Of a stretch of 64,000 nucleotides of DNA, positions 47,701 through 59,600 are shown one piece after another. Origin of the DNA: Macrostomum hystrix (Eukaryota > Animalia > Platyhelminthes); NCBI GenBank assembly GCA_950097015.1, contig CATNEN010000002.1, positions 5,766,001 through 5,830,000 of the forward strand, given 5' to 3'. The notes under the pieces are model-generated. The model was not told the DNA's origin. It saw only the letters and a program-made list of their open reading frames with translations, and did no database searches. Made by a program: the position numbers and the translations under genes. Every line of letters begins with the position of its first letter. Position 1 is the stretch's first letter.

Positions 47701-50134
47701 CCACCGACCCCCCAAAAATGAATGTAGGTTTAATTATAATTTTGATGGCCTTCAGCAGAAGGGAGATAATTCGGTGATTCGGAAGGGATTATTTAAATTA
47801 GGATTATATTAGGACTATGGATACTTTTGACGGAATTCTGAATTGATTATTTGTCCCAGATTCTGTAAGTAATCCCATCTTAATGTGTGATGGGATCCTT
47901 GGTATTGGTCAGAAGGTAATTGGTATGGGATTCTTCAGTGGATGATTTCGGGCTGCATCCATCGCCATGGCAACCGCCGCATCCGCAGGGAGGACCGCGG
48001 TCTCTGGCGCCTGCCAGACAGTCTGCTGCGCTACGCCAAATGCGAGCGCCTCCTGGAGCAGCTGGTTGGCCGGTTCGCCGTGAAATTCAGCCGCTCCCTG
48101 CCCACCTTTCCTAATTATGCTGACCACCTGCGGCGATGGTTTCACTATCTGTGGCGAATGCCTCTGGACTTCCTGCTGCCTCTGATGGACAGCTTCCTGG
48201 TTGAAGGTTTTAAGGTGAGAATCCCAATTTCGAATTCCATATCCCGATGCCTGGCTCCTGGATTAAAAATGCCTAATATTTATACTGTTTATTCTATTTA
48301 TACAAACTCGTCAGCAATCTTCATATATTACTGTTAATAGTAGTTTAAGATATGAAATAGTTGAGCCTACTTCAAGAGAACTTTTTATCTAAAATTTAGG
48401 ATAACTTAACTAACTTGTTAAGTTTCCATGGCAACTTAACAAGACTCACACACCCTAAAAACACAGGTGCTGGTCCGCGCTGGCCTTGTTCTCTGCCGCC
48501 TGTCCTTCAAGAAGCGCATCCGTCAGCGCTCCTCGTCCGGTGGCTCCGCCGCCCTAGCCGGCCTGGACGACAGCCTCGGCGCGCTGATGGGCGAGACGGC
48601 CCAGGGCATCGGCGTCTACGTCACGGTGGACCAGTTCACCAGGATGATGTTTCAGATTAGAAATCTGCAATCGGCTGACATTGTTGCCGCGGCTAACGCT
48701 GTGCCAAATCAGCGACTGCTGGCTGAGCTGCCGCCCGGACTCAGAGCAGCCAGGTTAGAGTTGTCAGGGTTTAATATGTCTGAAGCCAGGATTAGCCAGG
48801 ACCATTGAACTAGATTTTAATAATATCATTTAGAATCTTTTAAGACTTTGATAATCTTATTCGGTGAGGGAAGTGATTCTTATAATCTCAGATTTTCAGA
48901 GTTTTATCCGAAACAGGGTGAGATTCTGAAAATATCATTCTTAACAGGCTGAAATACTAAAAATCTAATTCGTAACAGGGTTAGATTCCGAGAATCTCAT
49001 TCGTAACAGGGTTAGATTCCGAGAATCTCATTCGTAACAGGGTGAGATTCCGAGAATCTCATTCGTAACAGGGTGAGATTCCGAGAATCTCATTCGTAAC
49101 AGGGTGAGATTCCGAGAATCTCATTCGTAACAGGGTTAGATTCCGAGAATCTCATTCGTAATAGGGTGAGATTCCGATAATCTCATTCGTAATAGGGTGA
49201 GATTCCGATAATCTCATTCGTGATAGGGTGAGATTCCGATAATGTCATTCGAAATAGGGTTAGATTCCGAGAGTCTCATTCGTAACAGGGTGAGATTCCG
49301 AGAATCTCATTCGAAATAGGGTGAGATTCCGATAATGTCATTCGAAATAGGGTGAGATTCCGAGAATCTCATTCGAAATTGGGTTAGATTTGGAAAATTC
49401 GGAAATTCTAACAATCTCGTGTTTAGCAGGGGTGAGAATTCGATAATCCCATTCCGAATTCTGATTCCTGGCATGTTTATTATTGGATTTTGAGTTGCAA
49501 ATCGATAATCCCTACCAAAATACTCAGAAACGCCACAGACGATTGGCTGCTGTGCCTGCCGCTGTCCTGTCCAAGCAGCCTGCTGACTGAGAACCAGCTG
49601 CGCCAGCTGCTCCGTCACGTGCCGTCCAGACACGCCATCAAGCCGCTGGCCCCGCTGTTCTCAACGGCCACATCCGGCTACAATTTGCAGACGCTCTACT
49701 CAGCGGCTGAGAAGAACGCCCCCCTGCTGTTGCTGGTGTCGGCCAGCAGCGGAGGCGGAACATTCGGTGCCTACCTGTGCACCGCCCTGTCGGAGCGAGC
49801 CCACCATCCGGCTGCTTTCTTTGGCACAGGCGAGACTTTCCTATTTACTACGGCCGGCGATAAGGACGGAGATGTGAAAGTCTACACCTGGGTTGGGCAG
49901 CAGCAGCAGCAGCAGCAGCAGGAGGCAATGTTCATCATGGCCGAGCCGGATAATCTAGTTATTGGCGGCGGCGGCGGCGGCTTCGGGCTGAGTCTGAATC
50001 GCGACCTGAGCGAAGGCTTCAGTCAGCGCTGCGCCACATTCGACTCGCAGCCGCTGCTTGCGGGCTCCGAGCTGAGGTTCTCCGTGAGATGCATTGAACT
50101 GCTCGGCTTCGATGAGAGAAGCGATGCGGCCTAG
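44755..50134 (+). CDS. TBC1D24: TBC1D24/Skywalker-like TBC plus TLDc domain protein
   Basis: Exons 44755-45049, 46528-46774, 47989-48214, 48467-48753, 49528-50134 join in frame. TBC C-terminal signature LLPLMDSFLVEGFKVLVRAGL. TLDc motifs PLFSTATSGYNLQTLY, FGAYL, FFGTGETFLF, LVIGGGGGGFGLSLNRDLSEGFSQRCATFDSQPL. Confidence 0.82.
45860..46440. repeat. Composite minisatellite (GGTCGCACATGTGAACGTCAACCATGATGGTCGC...)
   Basis: Tandem variant units in TBC intron 1. Confidence 0.88.
46838..47035 (+). mobile_element. SINE family A copy
   Basis: TAGCCGAGTGGTTAG head, TTTGTGTCCTTTAGCAACAC core, CCCAGCTGTTAAAT and GTCCATGGACTGAAC tail. Confidence 0.68.
47073..47300. repeat. Three ~77-bp tandem units containing near-palindromes
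   Basis: Units start at 47073, 47151 and 47227 with CA[G/A]AACTCTGCCGCAAGGAA..CCGCGGAAATTCC.TGGG. Confidence 0.85.
47368..47703 (-). mobile_element. SINE family B copy with (ATT/ACT)n tail
   Basis: Reverse complement of 21349-21655; simple-repeat tail at about 47300-47365. Confidence 0.8.
48965..49390. repeat. 31-bp intronic minisatellite (TCATTCGTAACAGGGTGAGATTCCGAGAATC)
   Basis: Tandem copies in TBC intron 48754-49527. Confidence 0.93.
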
Positions 50135-50271
50135 GGCTGTTCGGGATGCTAGATATTCCCCCACTCCCGATTGGGAATTCTGAGAAATTCGAATCCCTTT
50201 CAATTATTGTTTGGTTATAAAATTCAATATTCAGATCGGAGTCAGGTAAAAATGTAGGTTAATTATATGTC

Positions 50272-52058
50272 GAGTTTCAGGTAGAATTCAGGTGGGATTG
50301 TATTCCGAGTTTCAGGTAGAATTCAGGTGGGATTGTATTCCGAGTTTCAGGTAGAATTCAGGTGGGATTGTATTCCGATTTTCAGGTGGGATTGTATTCC
50401 GAGTTTCAGGTAGAATTCAGGTGGGATTGTATTCCGATTTTCAGGTGGGGATTGTATTCCGAGTTTCAGGGAGAATTCAGGTGGGATTGTATTCCGAGTT
50501 TCAGGGAGAATTCAGGTGGGGATTGTATTCCGAGTTTCAGGTAGAATTCAGGTGGGATTGTATTCCGAGTTTCAGGTGGGATTGTATTCCGAGTTTCAGG
50601 TAGAATTCAGGTGGGATTGTATTCCGAGTTTCAGGGAGAATTCAGGTGGGATTGTATTCCGAGTTTCAGGGAGAATTCAGGTGGGGATTGTATTCCGAGT
50701 TTCAGGTAGAATTCAGGTGGGATTGTATTCCGATTTTCAGGTGGGATTGTATTCCGAGTTTCAGGTAGAATTCAGGTGGGATTGTATTCCGAGTTTCAGG
50801 GAGAATTCAGGTGGGATTGTATTCCGAGTTTCAGGTAGAATTCAGGTGGGATTGTATTCCGAGTTTCAGGTAGAACTCAGGTGGGGATTGTATTCCGAGT
50901 TTCAGGTAGAATTCAGGTGGGGATTGTATTCCGAGTTTCAGGTAGAATTCAGGTGGGATTGTATTCCGAGTTTCAGGGAGAATTCAGGTGGGATTGTATT
51001 CCGAGTTTCAGGGAGAATTCAGGTGGGATTGTATTCCGAGTTTCAGGGAGAATTCAGGTGGGATTGTATTCCGATTATCAGGTGGGATTGTATTCTGAGT
51101 TTCAGGGAGAATTCAGGTGGGATTGTATTCCGAGTTTCAGGTGGGATTGTATTCCGAGTTTCAGGTAGAATTCAGGTGGGATTGCATTCCGAGTTTCAGG
51201 TAGAATACAGTTGGGATTGTATTCCGAGTTTCAGGGAGAATTCAGGTGGGATTGTATTCCGAGTTTCAGGGAGAATTCAGGTGGGATTGTATTCCGAGTT
51301 TCAGGTAGAATTCAGGCGGGATTGTATTCCGAGTTTCAGGTAGAATTCAGGTGGGATTGTATTCCGAGTTTCAGGTAGAATTCAGGTGGGATTGTATTCC
51401 GAGTTTCAGGGAGAATTCAGGTGGGATTGTATTCCGAGTTTCAGGTAGAATTCAGGTGGGATTGTATTCCGAGTTTCAGGTAGAACTCAGGTGGGGATTG
51501 TATTCCGAGTTTCAGGTAGAATTCAGGTGGGGATTGTATTCCGAGTTTCAGGGAGAATTCAGGTGGGATTGTATTCCGAGTTTCAGGGAGAATTCAGGTG
51601 GGATTGTATTCCGAGTTTCAGGGAGAATTCAGGTGGGATTGTATTCCGAGTTTCAGGTAGAATTCAGTTGGGATTGTATGTCGAGTTTCAGGTAGAATTC
51701 AGGTGGGATTGTATTCCGAGTTTCAGGTAGAATTCAGGTGGGATTGTATTCCGATTTTCAGGTGGGCTTGTATTCCGAGTTTCATGGAGAATTCAGGTGG
51801 GATTGTATTCCGAGTTTCAGGGAGAATTCAGGGGGGATTGTATTCCGAGTTTCAGGGAGAATTCAGGTGGGATTGTATTCCGAGTTTCAGGTAGAATTCA
51901 GGTGGGATTGTATTCCGAGTTTCAGGTAGAATTCAGGTGGGATTGTATTCCGAGTTTCAGGTAGAATTCAGGCGGGATTGTATTCCGAGTTTCAGGGAGA
52001 ATTCAGGTGGGATTGTATTCCGAGTTTCTGGTAGAATTCAGGTGGGGATTGTATTTCG
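50272..52058. repeat. 35-bp minisatellite (TTTCAGGTAGAATTCAGGTGGGATTGTATTCCGAG) with shorter variants
   Basis: About 50 copies starting about 140 bp after the TBC stop codon. Confidence 0.95.
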
Positions 52059-53175
52059 AGATTTAAGAAAAAGTTGCAGCAATTAGAACAGAAGTATTTT
52101 ATCTCACAAATATACTCATTGAAGGGATTTCATTATTATTAATAACTATAAAAACTCGCTATGATTTTTTTCCACTTAGATTCCTTTGTTTTTATTTATT
52201 TTTCCTTTGTTTTTATTCGAAACAATTTCACTAGTTCTAAATAATTTAAGATTATTTTGGTAGAGATAGTTTCACCATTAATACTCGTGAGTAGTCTGTA
52301 TGGTGTAGAATCAATAAAGTTCATTTATAATGCTTCTCTGTTTCCAAGTCACACTTAGCTGGTTTATAGTGTGGAGGGGTATCAGTGTAGCCACATTTAC
52401 AATCATTCAACTGAGATATTGCGCATGCTAGTCTTACTAGTTATAGTAGCTAGGCTAAAGTACTGACCGACAAATTATGAAAATCTACGTTGTCTTTTAG
52501 ATTTAATTCTAGTTGCAAATCAAACTTGTCTGCAAATTTGCTTTTTGTCTGTTTCATTGTTTAATAATTCTTGTAATTTTTAAATACTTAGTCACATATC
52601 GATATTTATTCAGTTTTCCAAAGTTATTGTAGTGTCGATTTTTGTTTTAATTTATCGGACAATTGTGCATTGATTTACTTTTCTCTACCGTTTTTATCGT
52701 TGCTTTGCAAGTTGCAAATTTGACCATTTTTCGCTATAATTTCATTGTCAACTTATGCGAACTCATAATAACCTATGCATAATACGTGTTGGTTACCTAC
52801 CAATATTATATTACAATCCCCTCACTTTTTGTTTTCTCTTTTCACTCAATTTTTTCTCCGCCTCCATTTTGTTTTGCTTTGCCGCTAAGGTCCGCATTGT
52901 GTCCTCGTTGAATATTGTTTTCGCAAATTTTTACTTATTTTAGTCTCGGGTAGTGAAGACATGTCAAGGCTTATAGAAGGTCTGTTTCTGATGTTCTGAT
53001 TGGCTGCAATGTTTAAAGTCGTATTCTCGCTTTTACACAATTTTTGGCTTCGACTTCTTTAACTGCACATGTGTTTTAAAATATTAATTAAATCACGACT
53101 GCAAGTAGTATGTTTCATCTATTTCACCTAACTAGTATTTCATCCCCTATGTTCATTGCATATACCCCCTTGGCC

Positions 53176-53430
53176 AAAACTTCTACCCTCAGTGTACATC
53201 ACGTAACCCATATTAACAAAAATTTCTTTCCTCACTGTACATCACACATGCTTCTTAACGAAAACTTCTACGCTCAGTGTACATCACGTAACCCATATTA
53301 ACAAAAATTTCTTTCCTCACTGTACATCACACATGCTTCTTAACGAAAACTTCTACCCTCAGTGTACATCACGTAACCCATATTAACAAAAATTTCTTTC
53401 CTCACTGTACATCACACATGCCTCTTAACA
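53176..53430. repeat. 85-bp tandem repeat, about 3 copies
   Basis: Units start at 53176, 53261 and 53346 (AAAACTTCTAC.CTCAGTGTACATCACGTAACC...). Confidence 0.9.
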
Positions 53431-53644
53431 AAATGAAACTCGAGCCAAGGAATTTCACCGCCCCGCTACTCAAACATTAAAACCTCATGATAGGCTGTGA
53501 GTCTAGGTCATGTTAAGCCTGTACTTTTTCTTGACAGCTTAACAAATCAATTAGACTTTTCCGCTCACTTTCAGCTTTCATTAAACTGGCCGGGTTGACC
53601 ACTTTGCCAATTAGAAATAGGCCCTACTCAACTCAGACGCTCGG

Positions 53645-55799
53645 ATGCTGGAAGCCCTGCTTAGCGAGAAGTTCTGGCTGCCTGCCAATGTGACCTGGGT
53701 CGAACTGTACGCACCCAGGCAGGATGGCGGAATCAGCCCGCGACCAGCTCACTTGGCCTGGTCTCTGCTCTGCGGCCTGGCCTTCTGCTTCATCAGGCAC
53801 GCTATGGAGACTCGAGTGCTGGTCCCGCTTGGCCGGCGCTTGGGCCTGCCTGATGCGGCCAAACTCTCTTCTAGCCCCGCGCCGCCTAATCCCTGTTTGG
53901 ATGCCGCTTTTCGAACTAACCGACGACCGACAGCCGAGCAGCTGGCTCAGCTGGCCGTACAGGTCGGCTGGTCCGAGAGATCCGTTGCCAACTGGTTCAG
54001 AAAGCGGAGAAACCAATTCAAGTCTTCCACGCTAAGGAAGTTTGTTGAGAGCGCCTGGTTTCTGCTGCACTACACCTGCATTCTTATCTACGGATTCGCT
54101 GCGTTAATTGGTTAGTCTGGCCTGACTCCTCTCTACATCCCCTGACTCCGATCTGCACCTCCTGACTCCCATCTGCACCTCTAGACTTCCTTCTGCACCC
54201 CCTGACTCCCATTTGCATCCCCTGACTCCCATCTGCATCCCGACTCCCATCTGCATCCCGACTCCCATCTGCATCCCCTGACTCCCATCTGCATCCCCTG
54301 ACTCCCATCTACATCCCCTGACTCCCATCTGCATCCCCTGACTCACATCTACATCCCCTGACTCCCATCTGCATCCCCTGACTCCCATCTGCATCCCCTG
54401 ACTCCCATCTACATCCCCTGACTCCCATCTACATCCCGACTCCCATCTGCATCCCCTGACTCCCATCTGCATCCCCTGACTCCCATCTACATCCCCTGAC
54501 TCCCATCTGCACCCCCTGACTCCCATCTGCATCCCCTGACTCCCATCTGCATCCCCTGACTCACATCTACATCCCCTGACTCCCATCTGCATCCCCTGAC
54601 TCACATCTACATCCCCTGACTCCCATCTGCATCCCCTGACTCCCATCTACATCCCCTGACTCCCATCTGCACCCCCTGACTCCCATCACATCCCCTGACT
54701 CCCATCTGCACCCCCTGACTCCCATCTGCATCCCCTGACTCCCATCTACATCCCCTGACTCCCATCTGCATCCCGACTCCCATCTGCATCCCCTGACTCC
54801 CATCTGCATCCCCTGACTCCCATCTGCATCCCCTGACTCCCATCTACATCCCCTGACTCCCATCTGCATCCCCTGACTCCCATCTACATCCCCTGACTCC
54901 CATCTGCACCCCCTGACTCCCATCTGCATCCCCTGACTCCCATCTACATCCCCTGACTCCCATCTACATCCCCTGACTCCCATCTACATCCCCTGACTCC
55001 CATCTGCACCCCCTGACTCCCATCTGCATCCCCTGACTCCCATCTGCATCCCCTGACTCCCATCTGCACCCCCTAACTCCCATCTGCATCCTAAGTGATC
55101 CCCCTAGCTGACTCATACTTCCCGCACTGACACCCTCCTGCCTCCCTCTGACACCCGGCAGGCAAGGACTTCTTCTGGGACGCCCGCAACTGCTGGCGCG
55201 GCTATCCCCTTCAGTCCGTGGACTTGGACATCTTCTGGTACTACATGGTGTCCCTTGGCTTCTACTGGTCGGCCATCTATTACACATTCACCGATGTGAA
55301 GCGGAAGGACTTTGCTGAGATGCTGCTGCATCACGTGGTCACCGTGTGCCTGATCTCATTTAGCTGGTGCGTAAACTATGTTCGCATCGGTGCCCTGGTG
55401 CTAGTTGTGCATGACATTGCAGACCCGCTGCTACACATCACTAAGTGCCTTAGCTATGCCAGCAAGAACACAATGCTGAGAGACATTATGTTCTGCGTGT
55501 TCATGATTGGCTGGTTGGTTACTAGGCTGACCGTCTACCCGTTGTGGGTGATGAACAGCGCCATGTTTCATAGCTGGGAAATTATCGGACCGTTCAATTC
55601 CTGGTACCTCTTCAATGGCTGCCTGGTGATTCTGCAGGTGTTGCACCTCATCTGGTTCTATTTCATTGTTCGCATCGCATTTGCCGTCATAACTAAGGGA
55701 CCGGACGCGCGCGACAGTCGCAGCGACTCGGAGATGTCTGGCGAAGCTGAGGTGGACGAGACAGGCGACAAAGGCAGCGATAAGAGAAAGCGGCAGTGA
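53645..55799 (+). CDS. CERS: Ceramide synthase (LASS/CerS), Hox-like domain plus TLC/Lag1 domain
   Basis: Exons 53645-54110 and 55162-55799. N-terminal FWLPANVTWVEL; Hox-like GWSERSVANWFRKRRNQ; KFVESAW; Lag1 motif KRKDFAEMLLHH...GALVLVVHDIADPLL; acidic C-terminus DARDSRSDSE. Confidence 0.93.
54120..55090. repeat. 20-bp intronic minisatellite (CCCCTGACTCCCATCT[G/A]CA[T/C])
   Basis: About 48 copies filling the single CerS intron. Confidence 0.95.
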
Positions 55800-55811
55800 C
55801 AAGTCGAGTGC

Positions 55812-56141
55812 ATTGCTAATCTATCCCCTGTGGTTAGATGGATTGCTTATCTATCCCCTGTGGTTAGATGGATTGCTAATCTATCCCCTGTGGTTAGATG
55901 GATTGCTAATCTGTCCCCTGTGGTTAGATGGATTGCTAATCTGTCCCCTGTGGTTAGATGGATTGCTAATCTGTCCCCTGTGGTTAGATGGATTGCTAAT
56001 CTATCCCCTGTGGTTAGATGGATTGCTAATCTATCCCCTGTGGTTAGATGGATTGCTAATCTATCCCCTGTGGTTAGATGGATTGCTAATCTATCACATG
56101 TGGTTAGATGGATTGATAATCTGTCCCCTGTGGTTAGATGG
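55812..56141. repeat. 30-bp minisatellite, left part (CTGTGGTTAGATGGATTGCTAATCTATCCC)
   Basis: Starts about 12 bp after the CerS stop codon; interrupted by the BEL element. Confidence 0.93.
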
Positions 56142-56445
56142 TGTCGTTTGTGACAATAATTTCAAAGTTAGGTTAGTTGAAGTAGAAGGCTGTAGTTGAT
56201 CGTTATTAACAGAGTTTATTTGTAGATTATTAAACGGTTGAACGGATCGTGAGAGCATAGCGCATTTGTCTCTTGAATATAATTTAGGGGTTTTGAACCT
56301 AGACAATACTGTACTGGGCTAAAGAAAGCATTCTAGAATATTCTAGAATGGTGTTGCTATTTTTAGAAGCGTGCGCATCAACTGGGGAAGGAAAGCTAGG
56401 CAAACGATAAGGGCGGTTTTATGGAGGTTCAGTCTGAACCCGACA
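56142..56445 (-). repeat. 3' LTR of the BEL/Pao element
   Basis: TGTCG...CGACA terminal inverted repeat; identical by eye to 62553-62856. Confidence 0.95.
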
Positions 56446-56623
56446 AGCTGGGGCGCCGGAAGTGCAAGCTAAAAAAAAACGCAAGTTGAAGGTGTGAATT
56501 GGGATCGCAAATGGGTAGTAGGGTGGGTAGTAGGTTAATAACGCAAATAGGTAATAGTGTAAACTGATAAAGAAGCATGCATGAACGTCCTTTAGTCACA
56601 TTAGTCAATTGAGTCTCTGTCAG

Positions 56624-59600
56624 TCAGTCCAGCAAGGCGCTGCGTATAATGTTCCGGCGTTGCGCACGCTTGGCCCGGGTGGACATTTCTGGTGTTCTTG
56701 GATGCATGCTTAAGTCCGGAGTCGGCCCAGCGTCTTGAGCTTCCAACGGTGCTGTAGCATCGAAGTCTGTGTCTGCTGTCACGTTCGGTGAGGCGCCGTT
56801 GATGTCGAGATCTACCTCGAGAGGAACGAGATGAGCTACTGCTCGGCAGGACTCGTTACCACTGCTTGTGCGCACGGTGACATAGCGTATGATACCATTG
56901 GCGTCTGGGTGTGTGGTAACGACCCGACAGGTCTTCCATGACCCACGTGGTGTGTTCTCAGCGAGAAGGTAGAACTGACCGACTCGAGGTTCAACCCTGC
57001 GGTCGGGAAAGCGAGTACTATTGCTCAGATGAACGTTTTGAAGATGTTGTATGTACTCGCGTCGCCAGCGATGCCAAAAGGAGTCGACGATCTGTTCCCG
57101 GTGACGGTAAGCCGCTCGGAGTCTGTCTGCAGTCGTAGAACCTGTTGGCAAGATGTTGCCTTCGGGCGCACTAGGCACATCAAGCCGAGACGATGGTGCG
57201 ATAAGGCACGCGGGCGTGATCGGACGTGGGTCCTTCGGGTCGCTGCTCAATGACGTCAATGGGCGACTGTTGATGACCGCCTCTATCTTGCAGAGAAGTG
57301 TAGTGAGTTCCTCATCGGTGATGCGACGGTGCCAAAGAGCTGGGCGAAGACTTGATTTGACCATAGCCACCAGACGTTCTACGGCTCCTTGATGCCACGG
57401 TGACCGAGCCGGGGCAAACCTGAAGTGGAGCTTTTTGACTGCAGCGAACGGTTGGAGGTCGCTGTATAACTTACTCTGGAAGGCTGGAGAGAGAAGGGTG
57501 TCAACGACTTTTGCAGTGGCTTGGAACGCAGTGGCTTGATCAAGGAAAATGGTGCCCTCAGTTAGACCTCGGCGTGCCCAGAAGCGTTCAAATGCATGTA
57601 GTACGGCGTCTGCTGAATAATCGTGCAGGAGCTCGATATGAACTGCTCGACTGGTCGCACAGCAGAGGAGTAGGGCCCAACGTTTTCGAGTAAGCTGTGT
57701 TCTGGGATCGAAGGTGTAGATCGGTCCTAGCTGGTCGACGAGAATCGAATTAAAGGCAGGTTGGGACGAGTCGAGGCGTTCGGGTGGAAGCTGGCCATGT
57801 GATGGACGTGGAAGTGTTGTTGCCTTAGAGAGACGGCATTCCCAACATCCTCGGACAACGTTGCGGACAGTTAAAAGTCCACGGGCGACCCAGAATCGTT
57901 CACGGAAACGGCTAAGTACAGTACCCGCTGATGCATGCTCTTCTTGACGATGGATATACATTATAATGAGACTAGTGAGGCGATGATCAGCCGGCAATAG
58001 CAGAGGATGAGTTGAGTCTGCACTAATCGTGGCGTTCGTGAGCCGGGAACCTAGCCGTAGATATCCACTTTCATCTCTGAATAGATCCAACTGGTGGATG
58101 AGCTTACACGACTTGTGCCTTCCGTTAGCTAGTGCGGCAAACACATCAGCAAAGTGAATTTCTTGAACGTGCTGGATCCATAGCATTAGAGCCATTTCTC
58201 GCTCGATAGCGTCGGGAATGCCTTTGCTGCTGCTGTGCTTCGCGAACCGGAGGACATAAGACGTCGTGCCAAGGAGGGAATGGAGTCGTGAGAAACGGTA
58301 GAGATCCATGACCGATGGAGCACCTGCTCCAATAGCTGTCGCCGTGGTGTTCAAGGATGTTGCCTTGCAGACTTTGCTCTCTGATTGAGTATTACTGTCC
58401 GATTGGTTGCCTTGTGGAGCCGGGTTCCAGGAAGGCCAGTTCTCGTAGGGCTGTTGTAGGAAGGCAGGACCTCTGTAGAAGTCTGAGCCGATGAGCTGAG
58501 AGAGACCTAGCGGCTTAGTGCAGTAGTCAGCAGGATTGTCCTTAGTGTGGACGTAGCGACGGTCTGTTGTAAGGTTCGAATTCCGAATCTCTTGTACTCG
58601 CCGTTCTTCATATGGCCGAAGGTTCTTACCGTTCTGGATCCAGTGAAGGACGATCTGAGAGTCGATATAGTGAGTAACACCGACGATGTTCAGATGCGGG
58701 ACTAGCATTTCGTGAAGGAGCGCCGTAGTCCGATTGGCCAGGAGTGCGGCCCATAGCTCGATGCGCGGAACCGTTATGAGAAGGTTTTTCTTTCCAGACG
58801 GTACGAGACGTGACTTGGCTAGGATGAGATTACAGGTTGATCGGTCGTCGATCGTCTGCTGAACGTAGACAACAAAGCCGTACGCTTGGGTCGAGCCGTC
58901 ACTGAAGACGATCAGCCGACAGGGTTTCGCTCTGTTCTCAATGCAGTAGCGAGGCACGGCAATGCGATCGACCGCCGTAAATTCCTGATGAAGCCTTGTC
59001 CATGCTGCAGTCGTTTCAGCGTCAGCAAGCTTGTCCCATGGGTCGTTGGGCTTGAATGCCTTGTAATAGAGCAGGCGTCCTGCCAGTACTAGTGGGGCTG
59101 CGTACCCGAACGGATCGTAGATCTTACAGATCGCGCTGAGAAGTTGGACGCGAGTGAGTCCATCCGTCATTGGGATATCAGGTTTGGTGAGATGCAACAC
59201 GTCGAGGGTTGTATCCCACGTGATACCTAAGTTTTTAACTTCGGTTCGTGAGATTCGATCTTCCAGGGGAACATTCACCAGGGCCTCTCGGTCATTAGCG
59301 GCGAATTCTCGAAGGTTGAAGCAAGCAGAACGGAAGAGTGTGCGAAGACCATTGACCAAACGAGGGCCTTCATCTGACTTGTCGTAGCCAATCACGAGAT
59401 TGTCAACATACAAACCGCTTGGAATTGAAGCAATCTCTTGGCGAGAAAGGCCGAAACTCCCAGTTTCCGTAGCGTCAAGACAGAGCTTGAGAATTACCGC
59501 TTGTAAGATCCATGGTGATGGGCTGGCACCCATGACGATGCGGGTGAAACGCCAGAGCTGCCAATTGTCCTGGCTGAACGGCTTCGAGTGGTCTTTCGGT

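Noticed and set aside
1222-55090. Idea that arrays are always C-rich on the transcribed strand
   Set aside because: True for several (5465, 7503, 16430, 19495, 28925, 54120) but contradicted by 11078, 25905 and 48965. Too few cases to support a rule.
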